Assembly (NCBI GenBank): GCA_035352955.1
Contig: DAOPYQ010000006.1
Span: 90,456 to 154,455 of the forward strand
Reading direction: 5' to 3'
Origin: Candidatus Omnitrophota bacterium
GTDB taxonomy: Bacteria > Omnitrophota > Omnitrophia > Omnitrophales > Aquincolibacteriaceae
Length of the DNA: 64,000 bases
The position numbers were made by a program, and so were the translations under genes. The notes under the pieces are model-generated. The model ran no database searches and was not told the DNA's origin. It saw only the letters and a list, made by a program, of their open reading frames with translations. Below, in pieces: positions 27,252 through 38,112 of this stretch (the stretch's first letter is position 1; each line of letters begins with the position of its first letter).

Positions 27252-28928
27252 ATGAGCATGTTCTGCTTTCAGTGCGAACAAACATCGAAGGGAAAAGGTT
27301 GTGACGTGAAGGGGGTTTGCGGAAAAACGCCGGAGGTGTCTTCGCTTCAGGACCTTTTGATCCATGCCGCAAAAGGGATCGCAATCTACGCACACGCCGC
27401 CCGCGAGATCGGGGTGAAAAATGCGGAAACAGACCGGTTTGTGATTGAGGCGCTTTTTGCCACCGTGACGAATGTGGATTTTGATCCCGTCCGGTTGCAG
27501 GAAACGCTCCTTCGCGGGTATCAGGTGAAAGAAAAGATCAAAGGTCTTTTTCTTGCCGCGTACAAGAAAAAGGTCGGCAGTGATTTTGACGGAGAGTTTC
27601 CGGCGGCCGCGTATTGGAAACCTGCGGATACTTTGGCGGGCCTTGAAGAGCAGGGAAGCCGGGTCGGGATCCTTTCCGATAAGACCCTGAATGAAGATAT
27701 CCGCAGCCTTCGCGAGCTTCTTTTGTACGGGCTCAAGGGAATGGCTGCTTACGCGGATCACGCTCTTGTGTTGGGGCGCGAGGATGAGGAAGTTACCGCG
27801 TTCTTCCATAAAGGACTTCGCGCGATGACTGATAAAAGCCTGACGGTGGATGCGCTTGTCGGGCTCAACATGCAGTTCGGGAGGGTGAATCTCAAGTGCC
27901 TTGAGATTCTGGATAAGGCTCACACGGATCATTTTGGGCATCCGGTGCCGACAGGGGTGTCGCTCGGCGTAAAAAAAGGGTCGGCGATTCTTGTGTCAGG
28001 CCATGACCTTCTGGATCTCGAGCAGTTGTTGCAGCAAACCGAGGGGAAGGGCGTATCGATCTATACTCACGGGGAAATGCTTCCGGCACACGGGTATCCG
28101 AAACTCAAACAATACAAACACCTCGTTGCGAATTATGGCGGTGCGTGGCAGGATCAGGCCAAGGAGTTCGATCTTTTTCCGGGCGCGATCCTGATGACCA
28201 CGAATTGTATCCAGGAGCCGCGGGCGAGTTACAAGAGCCGTATTTTTACGACGGGGCTTGTAGCCTGGCCGGGAGTGGAGCATATTTCTACGGTGAATGG
28301 AAAGAAGGATTTCAGTAAGGTAATCGCGGCGGCCCTCAAGGCGGGAGGTTTCTCTGCGGATGTTCCGGCGAAGAATATCGTGGTCGGGTTTGGCCATAAC
28401 GCGGTGCTTGGCGTCGCAGACAAGGTGATCGGCGCTGTTAAAACCGGACAGATCAAACATTTCTTTTTGATCGGCGGATGTGACGGCGCAAAACCCGGTC
28501 GTAACTATTACACCGAGTTTGCGGAGCAAACGCCGAAGGATACGGTGATCCTGACGCTGGCGTGCGGGAAGTACCGCTTTAACAAACTGGATTTCGGCGA
28601 TATCGGAGGCATTCCCAGGCTCCTCGATATGGGGCAGTGCAATGACGCCTATTCAGCGATCCAGGTGGCGGTGGCGCTCGCCAAGGTTTTCAACTGCGGG
28701 GTCAATGAACTCCCGCTTTCGATGGTCCTCTCCTGGTACGAACAGAAGGCGGTTTGCATTCTGCTGACGCTTCTGGCGCTCGGGATCCAGAACATCCGGA
28801 TCGGACCTTCCTTGCCGGCGTTCGTGAGCGGAAACGTTCTGAAGGTCCTGGTGGAAAAATTCAGCATCAAGCCCGTGACGACGGCTCAGGAAGACCTAAA
28901 AGCGATCCTTGGTCCGGCAAAAGCCTGA
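27252..28928 (+). CDS. hcp: hybrid cluster protein (hydroxylamine reductase / NO-stress protein)
   Basis: 558 aa. N-terminal Cys motif CFQCEQTSKGKGCDVKGVCGK. RBS AGGGGGAAACGAAAATG. Confidence 0.9.
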   Translation: MSMFCFQCEQTSKGKGCDVKGVCGKTPEVSSLQDLLIHAAKGIAIYAHAAREIGVKNAETDRFVIEALFATVTNVDFDPVRLQETLLRGYQVKEKIKGLFLAAYKKKVGSDFDGEFPAAAYWKPADTLAGLEEQGSRVGILSDKTLNEDIRSLRELLLYGLKGMAAYADHALVLGREDEEVTAFFHKGLRAMTDKSLTVDALVGLNMQFGRVNLKCLEILDKAHTDHFGHPVPTGVSLGVKKGSAILVSGHDLLDLEQLLQQTEGKGVSIYTHGEMLPAHGYPKLKQYKHLVANYGGAWQDQAKEFDLFPGAILMTTNCIQEPRASYKSRIFTTGLVAWPGVEHISTVNGKKDFSKVIAAALKAGGFSADVPAKNIVVGFGHNAVLGVADKVIGAVKTGQIKHFFLIGGCDGAKPGRNYYTEFAEQTPKDTVILTLACGKYRFNKLDFGDIGGIPRLLDMGQCNDAYSAIQVAVALAKVFNCGVNELPLSMVLSWYEQKAVCILLTLLALGIQNIRIGPSLPAFVSGNVLKVLVEKFSIKPVTTAQEDLKAILGPAKA

Positions 28929-28937
28929 CCCATTTCC

Positions 28938-28971
28938 AAGACCGGGCCTTACAATTCCAAGGCCCGGTCTT
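28938..28971 (+). terminator. hairpin AAGACCGGGCC-N12-GGCCCGGTCTT after hcp (weak U-tract)
   Basis: 11-bp perfect stem read directly. Poor T-run, so possibly a stabiliser rather than an efficient terminator. Confidence 0.4.
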
Positions 28972-29097
28972 TGGATCGTGGAATGCGTTTGGTGGAATGC
29001 AAGTTTCGTGATTAAATAGTGCGTGTTTTGGTGCCTGAGACCCCCTGATCGAGAACGTGACGACGGGGGTTTTTTCTTAAAGAGCAAAGGTCAAAAG

Positions 29098-29901
29098 ATG
29101 ACGGACACCCCTCAGTATAAGTACATTTACGGACCGGTTTCCTCCTGGAGGCTCGGGAAGTCCCTCGGGATCGATCCCATCTCCTCCATCGAGAAGACCT
29201 GTACGTTCGACTGTGTCTATTGTCAGGCCGGGAAAACGGAAGTTTTTCGTGCGGAGCGGGAAGTGTTCGTTCCTACCAAGGCCGTGCTCGAAGAGTTAGA
29301 GTCGCTGCCGCCGGTTTCGGTCGATTACATCACATTTGCCGGGAACGGGGAACCGACGCTTGCAAAGAATCTTGGGGACATGATCCGCGGGGTCAGAACG
29401 ATCCGCCCGGAAAAGATCGCCGTTATTACTAATGCCTCGTTGATCAATCGCCAGGACGTCCAATCCGATCTGCTTCTCGCGGATCTCATCGAAGCCAAGC
29501 TTGACGCTTGCTCCGAAAGGGGGCTTGGGAAGGTCAGCCGGCCCATGTCGGAGATCTTGTGGGATGAGATCGTGACCGGTCTGAAAGGTTTTCGGAAGAT
29601 TTTCGCGAAACACCTCACTTTGCAGATCATGTTCGTTGCGGGGAACCAAGCAGACGCTGAAGGGATCGCCCGGTTGGCTTGTGAGATCGGGCCTGACGAG
29701 ATCGAGATTAACACGCCGCTCAGGGTCTGTGCGGTGGAACCTTTGCGGCCGGAAGAAATCGCGGGCATTACGGAGACCTTTCGCAGGATCTGCGGCACAA
29801 AGAGCAGGATCCGAAGCGTGTACGAAGAAAAACGGGAGAAAAGCCGTCCTTTTTGCCAGCGCTCCACTGAGAAACGCCGGGGCAAAGAGAATTTCGGGTA
29901 G
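29098..29901 (+). CDS. small radical SAM protein of unknown function
   Basis: 267 aa from ATG 29098. CxxxCxxC motif CTFDCVYCQAG ~45 residues from the N-terminus. The ORF-track N-terminal extension is rejected. Confidence 0.6.
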   Translation: MTDTPQYKYIYGPVSSWRLGKSLGIDPISSIEKTCTFDCVYCQAGKTEVFRAEREVFVPTKAVLEELESLPPVSVDYITFAGNGEPTLAKNLGDMIRGVRTIRPEKIAVITNASLINRQDVQSDLLLADLIEAKLDACSERGLGKVSRPMSEILWDEIVTGLKGFRKIFAKHLTLQIMFVAGNQADAEGIARLACEIGPDEIEINTPLRVCAVEPLRPEEIAGITETFRRICGTKSRIRSVYEEKREKSRPFCQRSTEKRRGKENFG

Positions 29902-30004
29902 AGGGGAAAGAACTATCCAGATTGTTCTGATGGAGTGAAGAATGGTCAGGATTGCCATTGGGTACAAAAATAAGTAGACTAGGGCTCTTTCAAAGGGAGA
30001 AATT

Positions 30005-30961
30005 ATGACAACTTACAGCCAGTCATCGAGTGAGGAACTGCTTCAGCAGATCGTCCGTTTCAAGAAGGAGCGGGAAGCCGTAATCCTTGCCCACAATTAC
30101 CAGCCGCCCGAGATCCAGGACCTTGCCGATTACACGGGGGATTCGCTTGAATTAAGCATGATCGCAGCGAAGACTTCGGCCAAGGTGATCGTGTTTTGTG
30201 GGGTGGTGTTCATGGGGGAAACGGCCGCCATTCTTTCGCCGGATAAAACGGTTCTTCTTCCGGTGCTTGAAGCCGGTTGTACGCTTGCCGATTACGCTAC
30301 GGCCGATGAAGTCCGTGACATGAAGAAAAAACATCCCGGCGCTATTGTGGTGACGTATGTCAACAGTTCGGCGGAAGTGAAGGCTGAGACAGATATCTGT
30401 TGCACCTCGGCGAACGCTATCGAGATCGTTAACTCGATCGACCCGTCCCGATCTGTTATTTTTGTTTCCGATTACAATCTCGGCCACTACGCCCAGAAAA
30501 AAACCGGCCGCACCGTCATTCTCTGGAACGGTTGTTGCCCGACGCACGCCCTTTTGTCTCCGTTCGCGATCCTGAAGGCCCGGAAGCAATGGCCGAAGGC
30601 GCGGGTCATCATGCATCCCGAGTGCAAACCCGATGTTCTGGAACTTGCGGATTTCGTGGGCAGTACATCGGGGATGCTCAAATATGTCAAAGCACAGCCG
30701 GCGGGGACGTCTTTTATCGTGGGAACCGAGGTCGGACTGCTTCATCGGCTTCACAAGGAAAATCCGGACAAGACGTTTCATCCGGCATCCGATTATCTGA
30801 TTTGCCCGATGATGAAAATGACGACGCTGAAAAGCGTGAGGGATTCGCTCGAAAAAATGCAATATCGGGTCACGGTCCCCGAAGACGTCCGCCGGAAGGC
30901 GAAGGCGGCGGTGGATCGGATGCTGGAATATACCGGGAGTATCTCAAAAATCACGAAATAG
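30005..30961 (+). CDS. nadA: quinolinate synthase A
   Basis: 318 aa. NadA signatures [19 protein letters not shown], three-repeat fold. Confidence 0.9.
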   Translation: MTTYSQSSSEELLQQIVRFKKEREAVILAHNYQPPEIQDLADYTGDSLELSMIAAKTSAKVIVFCGVVFMGETAAILSPDKTVLLPVLEAGCTLADYATADEVRDMKKKHPGAIVVTYVNSSAEVKAETDICCTSANAIEIVNSIDPSRSVIFVSDYNLGHYAQKKTGRTVILWNGCCPTHALLSPFAILKARKQWPKARVIMHPECKPDVLELADFVGSTSGMLKYVKAQPAGTSFIVGTEVGLLHRLHKENPDKTFHPASDYLICPMMKMTTLKSVRDSLEKMQYRVTVPEDVRRKAKAAVDRMLEYTGSISKITK

Positions 30962-30972
30962 GGAGACCATCC

Positions 30973-32742
30973 ATGAGAAAGGCTGTGAATACGGGGATTG
31001 AAGCTATTCAAAAATACGGAAGCCGTGTGGTGGGGGAAGGAAAACACATGCTTCCGGCCGCGGGACTTATGGTTGCGACGGGAACGCTCGGAAATATTTC
31101 CGACCGCAAGAAACCTTTCGTGACGGTGATTAATTCCTACACGACGCACATCCCGGGCCATGTTCATTTGAACGTTCTCGGCGAGAAACTGGTCGCGGCC
31201 CTTAAGGCCAAAGGTTACAACGTCTGGTACGCCAATATCGGCGCGGCGATCTGTGACGGGATCGCGATGGGCCATTTCGGGATGAAGTATTCGTTGCCGT
31301 CGCGAGAACTGATCGCGGATCAGATCGAATCGATCATTGGCGCGCACCCGTGCGACGGATGGATCGGGATCGGCAATTGCGACAAGATCATTCCCGGGAT
31401 GCTGAACGCGATGGTGCGGCTCAACATCCCGTCGGTCTACGTGAGCGGCGGTCCGATGCTGGCCGGCCGGAACAATGCGGATCTGATCACGATCTTTGAA
31501 GGGGTCGGGAAGGAAGCGGCGGGGAAGATGCCGGTGCCGCAGCTCGAGGACCTTGCCAACACGGCATGCCGCACGTGCGGAAGCTGCGCGGGGATGTTCA
31601 CCGCGAATTCCATGAACTGTCTTGCCGAAGCGATCGGTCTCGCGCAGCCGGGGAACGGGACGATCCCGGCCGCAGTCTGGACCGACAAGACTCATCTCGG
31701 GTGGGAGATCAATCCGAAGAGGATCGCGCTCGTGGAGCGCGCGGCGGACACGCTGGAGTATGTTCTGAAAAATAACATTCGTCCGCTTGATATTGTGACA
31801 AAAAAAGCGATCGACAACGCGTTCATTCTTGACCTGGCGATGGGAGGTTCGAGCAATACCGTCCTGCATACGCTCGCGCTGGCCTGCGAAGCCGGGATTT
31901 CGTATCCGCTCGAACGGATCAATAAACTGGCCAAGATGACGCCGACGGTTTGCAAAGTTTCTCCGTCGCGTCCGGAGGTTCACATGGAAGATGTGGACCG
32001 CGTGGGCGGGATCGGTGCGATCCTGAAAGCAGTCGCCAAGGAAGGCGGCACGCCCCTCGATCTTGACGTGAAGACCTGCACCGGCACGCTGAAACAGATG
32101 GTCGACAAAACTCCGGAGGCGGACGGTGATGTGATCCGCACCGGAAGCAAGGTGTTCTCCAAGGAAGGCGGGCTTGCGATTCTGTACGGCAACATCGCTC
32201 CGGAAGGCGCTGTCGTGAAGACCGCCGGTGTAGACAAGGATATGATGCGGTTCCGCGGCCGTGCGAAGTGCTACTCGTCGCAGGAAGAGTCGCTCCAGGC
32301 GATCCTGGACGGCAAAGTGAAGGACGGCGACGTTGTGGTGATCCGCTATGAGGGGCCGCGCGGCGGGCCGGGGATGCAGGAAATGCTTTCTCCGACGTCG
32401 GCGCTTAAAGGGCGCGGGATCCGTGCCGCGCTTATTACGGACGGCCGGTTTTCGGGCGGGACGCGCGGGCTTTGTATCGGACACATTTCTCCGGAGGCCG
32501 CAGCGGGCGGGCCGATCGCTGTGATCGAGAACGGCGACGTTATCGTGATCGATGCCGAAAAGCGAACGCTTGATATGGAGCTTCCGGCCAAGGAGATCAA
32601 AAAACGTCTTTCCAAACTTAAACCGTTCACGCCGAAGGTGACGGGCGGCTGGCTGGGGCGCTATGCCCGGCACGTGTTGAGCGCGCACACCGGTGCCGTA
32701 ATGGATAATGTTGGTTTCGCTTCTAAGACCAAAAGGAGCTAG
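30973..32742 (+). CDS. ilvD: dihydroxy-acid dehydratase (IlvD/EDD family)
   Basis: 590 aa from ATG 30973 (GGGAG RBS). IlvD motifs [33 protein letters not shown]. Confidence 0.8.
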   Translation: MRKAVNTGIEAIQKYGSRVVGEGKHMLPAAGLMVATGTLGNISDRKKPFVTVINSYTTHIPGHVHLNVLGEKLVAALKAKGYNVWYANIGAAICDGIAMGHFGMKYSLPSRELIADQIESIIGAHPCDGWIGIGNCDKIIPGMLNAMVRLNIPSVYVSGGPMLAGRNNADLITIFEGVGKEAAGKMPVPQLEDLANTACRTCGSCAGMFTANSMNCLAEAIGLAQPGNGTIPAAVWTDKTHLGWEINPKRIALVERAADTLEYVLKNNIRPLDIVTKKAIDNAFILDLAMGGSSNTVLHTLALACEAGISYPLERINKLAKMTPTVCKVSPSRPEVHMEDVDRVGGIGAILKAVAKEGGTPLDLDVKTCTGTLKQMVDKTPEADGDVIRTGSKVFSKEGGLAILYGNIAPEGAVVKTAGVDKDMMRFRGRAKCYSSQEESLQAILDGKVKDGDVVVIRYEGPRGGPGMQEMLSPTSALKGRGIRAALITDGRFSGGTRGLCIGHISPEAAAGGPIAVIENGDVIVIDAEKRTLDMELPAKEIKKRLSKLKPFTPKVTGGWLGRYARHVLSAHTGAVMDNVGFASKTKRS

Positions 32743-32744
32743 CC

Positions 32745-33233
32745 ATGATTAGTGAAAAGATGAATAAGGTGATCAGTGAGCAGGTCAACAAAGAACTCTA
32801 TTCGGCGTATCTCTATGTTGGGATGGCGGCCTACGCGGCATCGCTTAGCCTGAATGGCATTGCGAACTGGTTCAAGGTCCAGGCGGGGGAAGAAGTTTCT
32901 CACGCCACGAAGTTCATGAATTATGTCAATGAACAGGGCGGCAAGATCGCACTGAGGGCGATCGATGCGCCGGACCAGAAATTCACGTCCGTTGCGCAGC
33001 TCTTTGAGAAGACCCTCGCGCACGAAAAAGAGGTTACGGCTTCGATCAACGGGCTGGTGTCCCTTGCTCAAAAAGAAGGGGACAACGCGACGGAGATCTT
33101 CCTCCAGTGGTTCGTGACCGAGCAGGTCGAGGAGGAAGCGAATCCTACCGAGATCCTTCAGAAGCTTGAGATCGGCGGCAAGAGCGGCAGTTCGATCCTG
33201 ATCCTGGACGGCATTCTGGCCGGCAGAAAATAA
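32745..33233 (+). CDS. ftn: non-heme ferritin
   Basis: 162 aa. Ferritin-like diiron ligands E..H pattern (EEVSHATKF, LAHEKEV). Starts 3 nt after ilvD. Confidence 0.8.
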   Translation: MISEKMNKVISEQVNKELYSAYLYVGMAAYAASLSLNGIANWFKVQAGEEVSHATKFMNYVNEQGGKIALRAIDAPDQKFTSVAQLFEKTLAHEKEVTASINGLVSLAQKEGDNATEIFLQWFVTEQVEEEANPTEILQKLEIGGKSGSSILILDGILAGRK

Positions 33234-33244
33234 GGAAAAAGACC

Positions 33245-34441
33245 ATGGTGATCCATAACCTTGTTCCCGGTATTTATTCCGTCGGGGCGATCGATTGGGA
33301 CGCCCGGCATTTTCACGGGCACACCTATTCCATCAAGCGGGGGACGACCTACAACGCCTATCTGATCGTGGACGAGAAGATCACGCTGATCGATACGGTG
33401 TACGGGCCATTTGCCGGAGAGATGATCGAAAAGATCCGCGAGATCCTCCCGCCGGAGAAGATTGACACGATCATCGTCAACCATGCGGAAACGGACCACT
33501 CGGGGGCGCTGCCCGCCCTGATGAAATTTTGTCCGAAGGCCAAACTTTACGGAACGGCGAGATGCCGCGCGGCGATCGAAGGGTACTACCACCAGAAGTG
33601 GGATTTTCAGGAAGTTAAAACGGGCGACAAGCTGAATCTTGGCAAACGGAATCTGATGTTCGTCGAAGCTGCGATGATCCACTGGCCGGACAGCATGTTC
33701 ACGTGCCTGATCGAGGACCAGATCCTTTTCTCCAACGACGGGTTCGGCCAGCATTATGCTTCAAGCGAGCGGTTTGACGACGAAGTCCCGAACGCTGTTC
33801 TGATGGAGGAGGCGGAGCGGTATTACGCGAACATTCTCTGGCCGTTCAGCGGATTGATCGCTAAGAAACTCGAAGAGATCGAGCAATTCAAGGTTCCGGT
33901 CAAGATGATCGCCACCGCGCACGGCATCAGCTGGCGGAAGGATCCGGGGCAGATCCTTGCCGCGTACAAACGGTGGGCGCAGAACACCACGAAGCAAAAG
34001 ATCGTGGTCGTCTACGAAACGATGTGGGGTTCGACGGCGAAAATGGCCCACAAGATCGCGGAGGGGATTACCGAGGAAGGTGTCTCGGTTGAAATGTTTG
34101 ACGCCGCCCAGTCTGACCGCAGTGACATTATCTACCAGATGTTCGAGGCCAAGGGGTATGTGATTGGGTCTTCCAATCACGATAGCGGGATCCTTCCGAG
34201 CATCGGATCGGTGCTTGAATTCCTCAAAGGCCTGAAACCCAAGAACAGGATCGGCTGTGCGTTCGGGTCGTATGGTTGGTCCGGAGTCGTCGGCCAGAAG
34301 CTGGAAACTTTACTGAAGGAGATCGGGATCGAACTGACACAGCCGTCCGTGACCGTTCAGTACGCTCCGGACGAAGCGGCTTTGCGCCGCTGTTACGAAC
34401 TCGGACGCGAATTCGCGCGCCGGGTCAAAGCCTCATCTTAG
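33245..34441 (+). CDS. fprA: flavodiiron protein (FprA-type; metallo-beta-lactamase-like diiron domain + flavodoxin domain)
   Basis: 398 aa. HxExDH motif NHAETDHSG, C-terminal flavodoxin-like VVYETMWGSTAKMA. Confidence 0.85.
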   Translation: MVIHNLVPGIYSVGAIDWDARHFHGHTYSIKRGTTYNAYLIVDEKITLIDTVYGPFAGEMIEKIREILPPEKIDTIIVNHAETDHSGALPALMKFCPKAKLYGTARCRAAIEGYYHQKWDFQEVKTGDKLNLGKRNLMFVEAAMIHWPDSMFTCLIEDQILFSNDGFGQHYASSERFDDEVPNAVLMEEAERYYANILWPFSGLIAKKLEEIEQFKVPVKMIATAHGISWRKDPGQILAAYKRWAQNTTKQKIVVVYETMWGSTAKMAHKIAEGITEEGVSVEMFDAAQSDRSDIIYQMFEAKGYVIGSSNHDSGILPSIGSVLEFLKGLKPKNRIGCAFGSYGWSGVVGQKLETLLKEIGIELTQPSVTVQYAPDEAALRRCYELGREFARRVKASS

Positions 34442-34583
34442 GAAGGAGAACTTGCCCCGTTAGAGATCGGAGAAGTGTTCGATTTAAAATGGGATTGCTT
34501 GCTCGAACTTTTTACCAAATAAATATGATTTTTACAATTTACGGAAACGCTTAAAGCGTTTCCTATCGCTAGCGGGGTGAACT

Positions 34584-35078
34584 ATGGAAACCTTCGATTC
34601 GCTTTTTCAGAGGGCCAGTGTCCGCGAATACCTCGACAAGCCTGTCCCCAAAGAAATGCTGGAGAAGCTCGTGGACGCGGGAAGACGTGCGCCTTCCGCT
34701 CGCGCCGTTGAGCCTTGGGAATTTGTCGTGGTGACCGAGCGCGCAACGCTCGACAAGATGGCAGGCTTCATTAGCACGGGGGTTTTTCTTAAACAGGCGA
34801 CCGCGTGCATTGTCGTTTTTTGTCAGGAAACGAAATATTACCTTGAAGACGGCGCCGCGGCGACGGAGAATATCCTGCTTGCCGCGACCGATCTCGGGCT
34901 CGGGACGTGCTGGATCGCGGGGGACAAGAAAGAGTACTGTGACGAGGTCCTCAAGATGTTCGGAGCGCCGCAGGGGCAAAAACTTATCAGCCTGATCGCT
35001 GTCGGTTGGCCCGCGAAAGCCCCGCGCCAGCATAAGAAACGCAAACTCTCCGAAGTCCTCCACTGGGAAAAGTTCTGA
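34584..35078 (+). CDS. nitroreductase-family protein
   Basis: 164 aa. Nitroreductase fold signatures RRAPSARAVEPWEFVVV, GLGTCWI. Confidence 0.75.
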   Translation: METFDSLFQRASVREYLDKPVPKEMLEKLVDAGRRAPSARAVEPWEFVVVTERATLDKMAGFISTGVFLKQATACIVVFCQETKYYLEDGAAATENILLAATDLGLGTCWIAGDKKEYCDEVLKMFGAPQGQKLISLIAVGWPAKAPRQHKKRKLSEVLHWEKF

Positions 35079-35225
35079 GCCGTTCCGAAAGGTCCTAAAA
35101 AAAAGGTGCGCGGGGCCGTAAATTAACGTATATTACCGCATCCCTAACGGGCCTTCCCGCGATCGGAACTCTTAGTGGCTCCGGTTTTGTGAGGGCGAGC
35201 AACGTCAAGAAGGAGATTTACCGTA

Positions 35226-35426
35226 ATGGCAAAAGGAAAAGTGAAGTGGTTCAATAATCAAAAAGGATACGGATTCATTACACCGGAGACCGGCAGTGAT
35301 GTGTTCGTCCATCATACGGCCATTCAGGGCGAAGGCTACAAGACCCTTGAAGAAGGCGCGGATGTCGAGTTCGAAGTCACGCAGGGTCCCAAGGGCAGTC
35401 AGGCAGTGAACGTCGTTAAATTGTAA
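35226..35426 (+). CDS. cspA: cold-shock protein (CspA family)
   Basis: 66 aa. RNP1/RNP2 motifs KGYGFI and VFVHH. Confidence 0.9.
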   Translation: MAKGKVKWFNNQKGYGFITPETGSDVFVHHTAIQGEGYKTLEEGADVEFEVTQGPKGSQAVNVVKL

Positions 35427-35438
35427 ACAGTCGAAAAG

Positions 35439-35478
35439 AATGAGCCCGGTTGTTTTGCACGACCGGGCTCATTTTTTC
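35439..35478 (+). terminator. rho-independent terminator after cspA (12-bp stem AATGAGCCCGGT/ACCGGGCTCATT + TTTTTT)
   Basis: Read directly. Confidence 0.75.
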
Positions 35479-35516
35479 CGCATTAAACAAAACGAAGAAA
35501 AAACCTTTTAAAATCC

Positions 35517-37370
35517 ATGCCGAACCAGAAAAGACGGAAAGATGTCAGGAATGTCGCGATCGTGGCCCACGTCGATCACGGGAAAACCACGCTTGTCGAC
35601 GCGCTCCTGAAGCAATCCGGCGCGTACAAGTTCGAGGAGGGGGAATCTACGATCATGGATTCCAACGACCTCGAGCGCGAGCGCGGCATCACCATTTTTT
35701 CAAAGAATGCCTCGTTCCGGTACAAGGATGTTCAGTTCAATATCGTGGATACGCCCGGGCATGCGGATTTCGGCAGTGAGGTCGAGCGCATCCTGAAGAT
35801 GGTCGACGGTGTCCTGCTTCTCGTGGATGCTTTTGACGGTCCGATGCCGCAGACGAAATTCGTTCTTAAAAAATCCCTTGCGCTTCATCTGAAGCCGATC
35901 CTTGTGGTCAACAAGATCGACCGGCCGAATTGCCGCCCAGACGAAGTGGCGAACATGACCTTTGATCTTTTTTGTGAACTGAACGCCTCTGACGAACAAC
36001 TGGATTTTCCGATCGTCTACGCCTCGGGGCGGGACGGTTGGGCCGCGCTGGACCTCAACGACGAGCGGAAGGACATGACCCCGCTTCTTGAAACGATCCT
36101 GCACCGCGTTCTTCCGCCGATCGCGGACCCCGAACAGCCGTTCCAGATGCTCGTGACCATGTTGGATTATGATAATTACGTTGGACGCATTGCGATCGGC
36201 CGCATCGCTCACGGGCAGGTGCACTATGGCGATCCGATGGTTGCGATCAAACAAAACGGTGAGGTGGTTCGCGGTAAGGTGACCAAGATCCTCAAGTATC
36301 AGGGGTTGAAACGCGTGGAGGCCCAGGAAGCCATGGCGGGCGATATTATTTCGATCAGCGGGATCGACGACATCAAAGTGGGCGAGACGCTCGCCTCTCC
36401 CGAAAGACCTGAGGCTCTTCCGACCCTCAAGATCGACGAGCCTACGATCTCCATGAATTTTTCGCATAACACCAGCCCGCTTGCCGGGAAAGACGGCGGC
36501 CGGTTCCTGACTTCCCGTCATATCCGCGAGCGTCTGGAGCACGAAGCCATGATGAACGTCGGGATCAAGGTCGAGGAGGTGGACGGCGGAGAGCGTTTCA
36601 AGGTTTCCGGGCGAGGGGAGTTGCATCTTGCGATCCTGATCGAGACAATGCGTCGGGAAGGTTACGAACTGGAAGTGTCTCCGCCGAAGGTCATTTTGAA
36701 GACGATTGACGGAGAACTTTACGAACCTGTCGAGGAAGTGACGATCGAAGTGGATCCGGGATATCAGGGTTCGGTCATTGAGGCGCTGGGGATGCGGCGC
36801 GCTGAAATGAAACATATGAACGCGAGTGCGGTGGGCGGGACGATGCGGATGGAGTTCCTGGTTGCTTCGCGGGCCCTGTTGGGATTCCGCAATGAATTCA
36901 TGGTCATGACCCGCGGCACCGGAATGATGTATCAGAACTTTTTTGAATACCAGCTTTTCAAGGGCGATATGCCCGAGCGTCAGTCCGGGGTGCTTATATC
37001 CCAATTTGACGGGAAAGCGGTCGCTTATTCGCTTTGGGGGCTTCAGGAACGCGGGGAGATCTTTGTTCAGCCCGGCGATATTCTTTACGAGGGGATGATT
37101 ATCGGTGTGAACAACAAGGGGCACGATCTTGTCGTCAACGCGATCCGTGAGAAGAAACAGACCAACATGCGTTCTTCGGGGGCCGATGAAGCGATCCAGC
37201 TTATCCCGCCCCGGGAAATGACGCTGGAGTTCGCTCTCGAATTCATCGAAGAAGACGAACTTGTGGAGATCACGCCGAAGAACATCCGCCTCCGGAAGCG
37301 GTATCTGACCGAGATCGAACGCCGGCAAGTCCAGCGGGTGGCTTCGGGCAAACGCCTTTCTTCTTCTTAG
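35517..37370 (+). CDS. typA: translational GTPase TypA/BipA
   Basis: 617 aa. G1 [10 protein letters not shown]3 DTPGH, G4 NKID. EF-G-like domain order. Confidence 0.9.
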   Translation: MPNQKRRKDVRNVAIVAHVDHGKTTLVDALLKQSGAYKFEEGESTIMDSNDLERERGITIFSKNASFRYKDVQFNIVDTPGHADFGSEVERILKMVDGVLLLVDAFDGPMPQTKFVLKKSLALHLKPILVVNKIDRPNCRPDEVANMTFDLFCELNASDEQLDFPIVYASGRDGWAALDLNDERKDMTPLLETILHRVLPPIADPEQPFQMLVTMLDYDNYVGRIAIGRIAHGQVHYGDPMVAIKQNGEVVRGKVTKILKYQGLKRVEAQEAMAGDIISISGIDDIKVGETLASPERPEALPTLKIDEPTISMNFSHNTSPLAGKDGGRFLTSRHIRERLEHEAMMNVGIKVEEVDGGERFKVSGRGELHLAILIETMRREGYELEVSPPKVILKTIDGELYEPVEEVTIEVDPGYQGSVIEALGMRRAEMKHMNASAVGGTMRMEFLVASRALLGFRNEFMVMTRGTGMMYQNFFEYQLFKGDMPERQSGVLISQFDGKAVAYSLWGLQERGEIFVQPGDILYEGMIIGVNNKGHDLVVNAIREKKQTNMRSSGADEAIQLIPPREMTLEFALEFIEEDELVEITPKNIRLRKRYLTEIERRQVQRVASGKRLSSS

Positions 37371-37426
37371 CCGGTTTCGCCCGGTTTTGCTATAATACCC
37401 GTCTCCAACCTGAAAGGGGTCAGCCT

Positions 37427-38047
37427 ATGAGAAACTGGTTCGTCTTTTCCTTATGTCTTTTTTTTGCCGGATGCGCCACCCAGGGGACGTCGAACAAACC
37501 CTGTCCGAAGTGCATGGAGGCGGCGGCCTCCCAGGCCGTTGTTTCCCAGCCCATCACCCCCGAACCTCGAAAGGATGACACCATCGTGAAGATCAAGATC
37601 GAAACCACCCAGGGAGATATTTACGCAGACCTTTACCAGGCCGAAGCGCCGAAGACAGTCGAAAATTTCGTGACGCTTGCGAAAAAAGGTTTTTATGACG
37701 GCATCATTTTCCACCGGGTTATTCCGCAGTTCATGATCCAGACGGGCGATCCTACGGGAACAGGCATGGGCGGGCCGGGTTACAAGTTCGCCGATGAATT
37801 TTCGCCGAAGCTTCGGCACAGCAAACCGGGCGTGCTCTCCATGGCGAATTCCGGACCGAACACGAACGGCAGCCAGTTCTTCATCACGGAGGCTGCGACG
37901 CCGTGGCTGGATGACCGCCATTCGGTGTTCGGGCAGGTGACGAAGGGGATGGACGTGGTGACGAAAATCGCCAATGCCCCTCGCGACCGGCAGGACAAGC
38001 CTGTCACAAAGATCGCGATGACCAAAGTCACCGTTCTCGAAGGTTAA
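37427..38047 (+). CDS. ppiB: cyclophilin-type peptidyl-prolyl isomerase, lipoprotein
   Basis: 206 aa. Lipobox LFFAGC, cyclophilin motifs [27 protein letters not shown]. Confidence 0.85.
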   Translation: MRNWFVFSLCLFFAGCATQGTSNKPCPKCMEAAASQAVVSQPITPEPRKDDTIVKIKIETTQGDIYADLYQAEAPKTVENFVTLAKKGFYDGIIFHRVIPQFMIQTGDPTGTGMGGPGYKFADEFSPKLRHSKPGVLSMANSGPNTNGSQFFITEAATPWLDDRHSVFGQVTKGMDVVTKIANAPRDRQDKPVTKIAMTKVTVLEG

Positions 38048-38112
38048 TCTGAAGGAGACTTGAGAGGGACGGTCCTCCGGAATTTTCCGGGGGATCGTCC
38101 CTCTTTTGCTTT

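Noticed and set aside
30532-30972. N-terminal 147-aa extension of the ilvD ORF overlapping nadA
   Set aside because: The extension is Gly/Arg-rich, overlaps the nadA coding sequence in another frame, and a GGGAG RBS precedes the internal ATG at 30973 that matches the IlvD N-terminus.
30793-32688. 631-aa minus-strand ORF antisense to ilvD, and similar long antisense ORFs opposite typA (35700-37328), sufB (42322-43752), ptsI-like (25339-26832), GH57 (9463-10539), GH13 (11503-12975), FAD oxidoreductase (38044-39426) and aspA (56188-57303)
   Set aside because: All are Arg/Pro/His-rich translations of the reverse strand of well-supported genes. They are typical high-GC shadow ORFs.
37407-37440. 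Third copy of the GGGGTCAG terminator element just upstream of ppiB
   Set aside because: Only the left half (CTGAAAGGGGTCAG) is present, and it abuts the ppiB start codon. It is more likely an RBS-containing remnant than a terminator, so it is mentioned only within the repeat finding.
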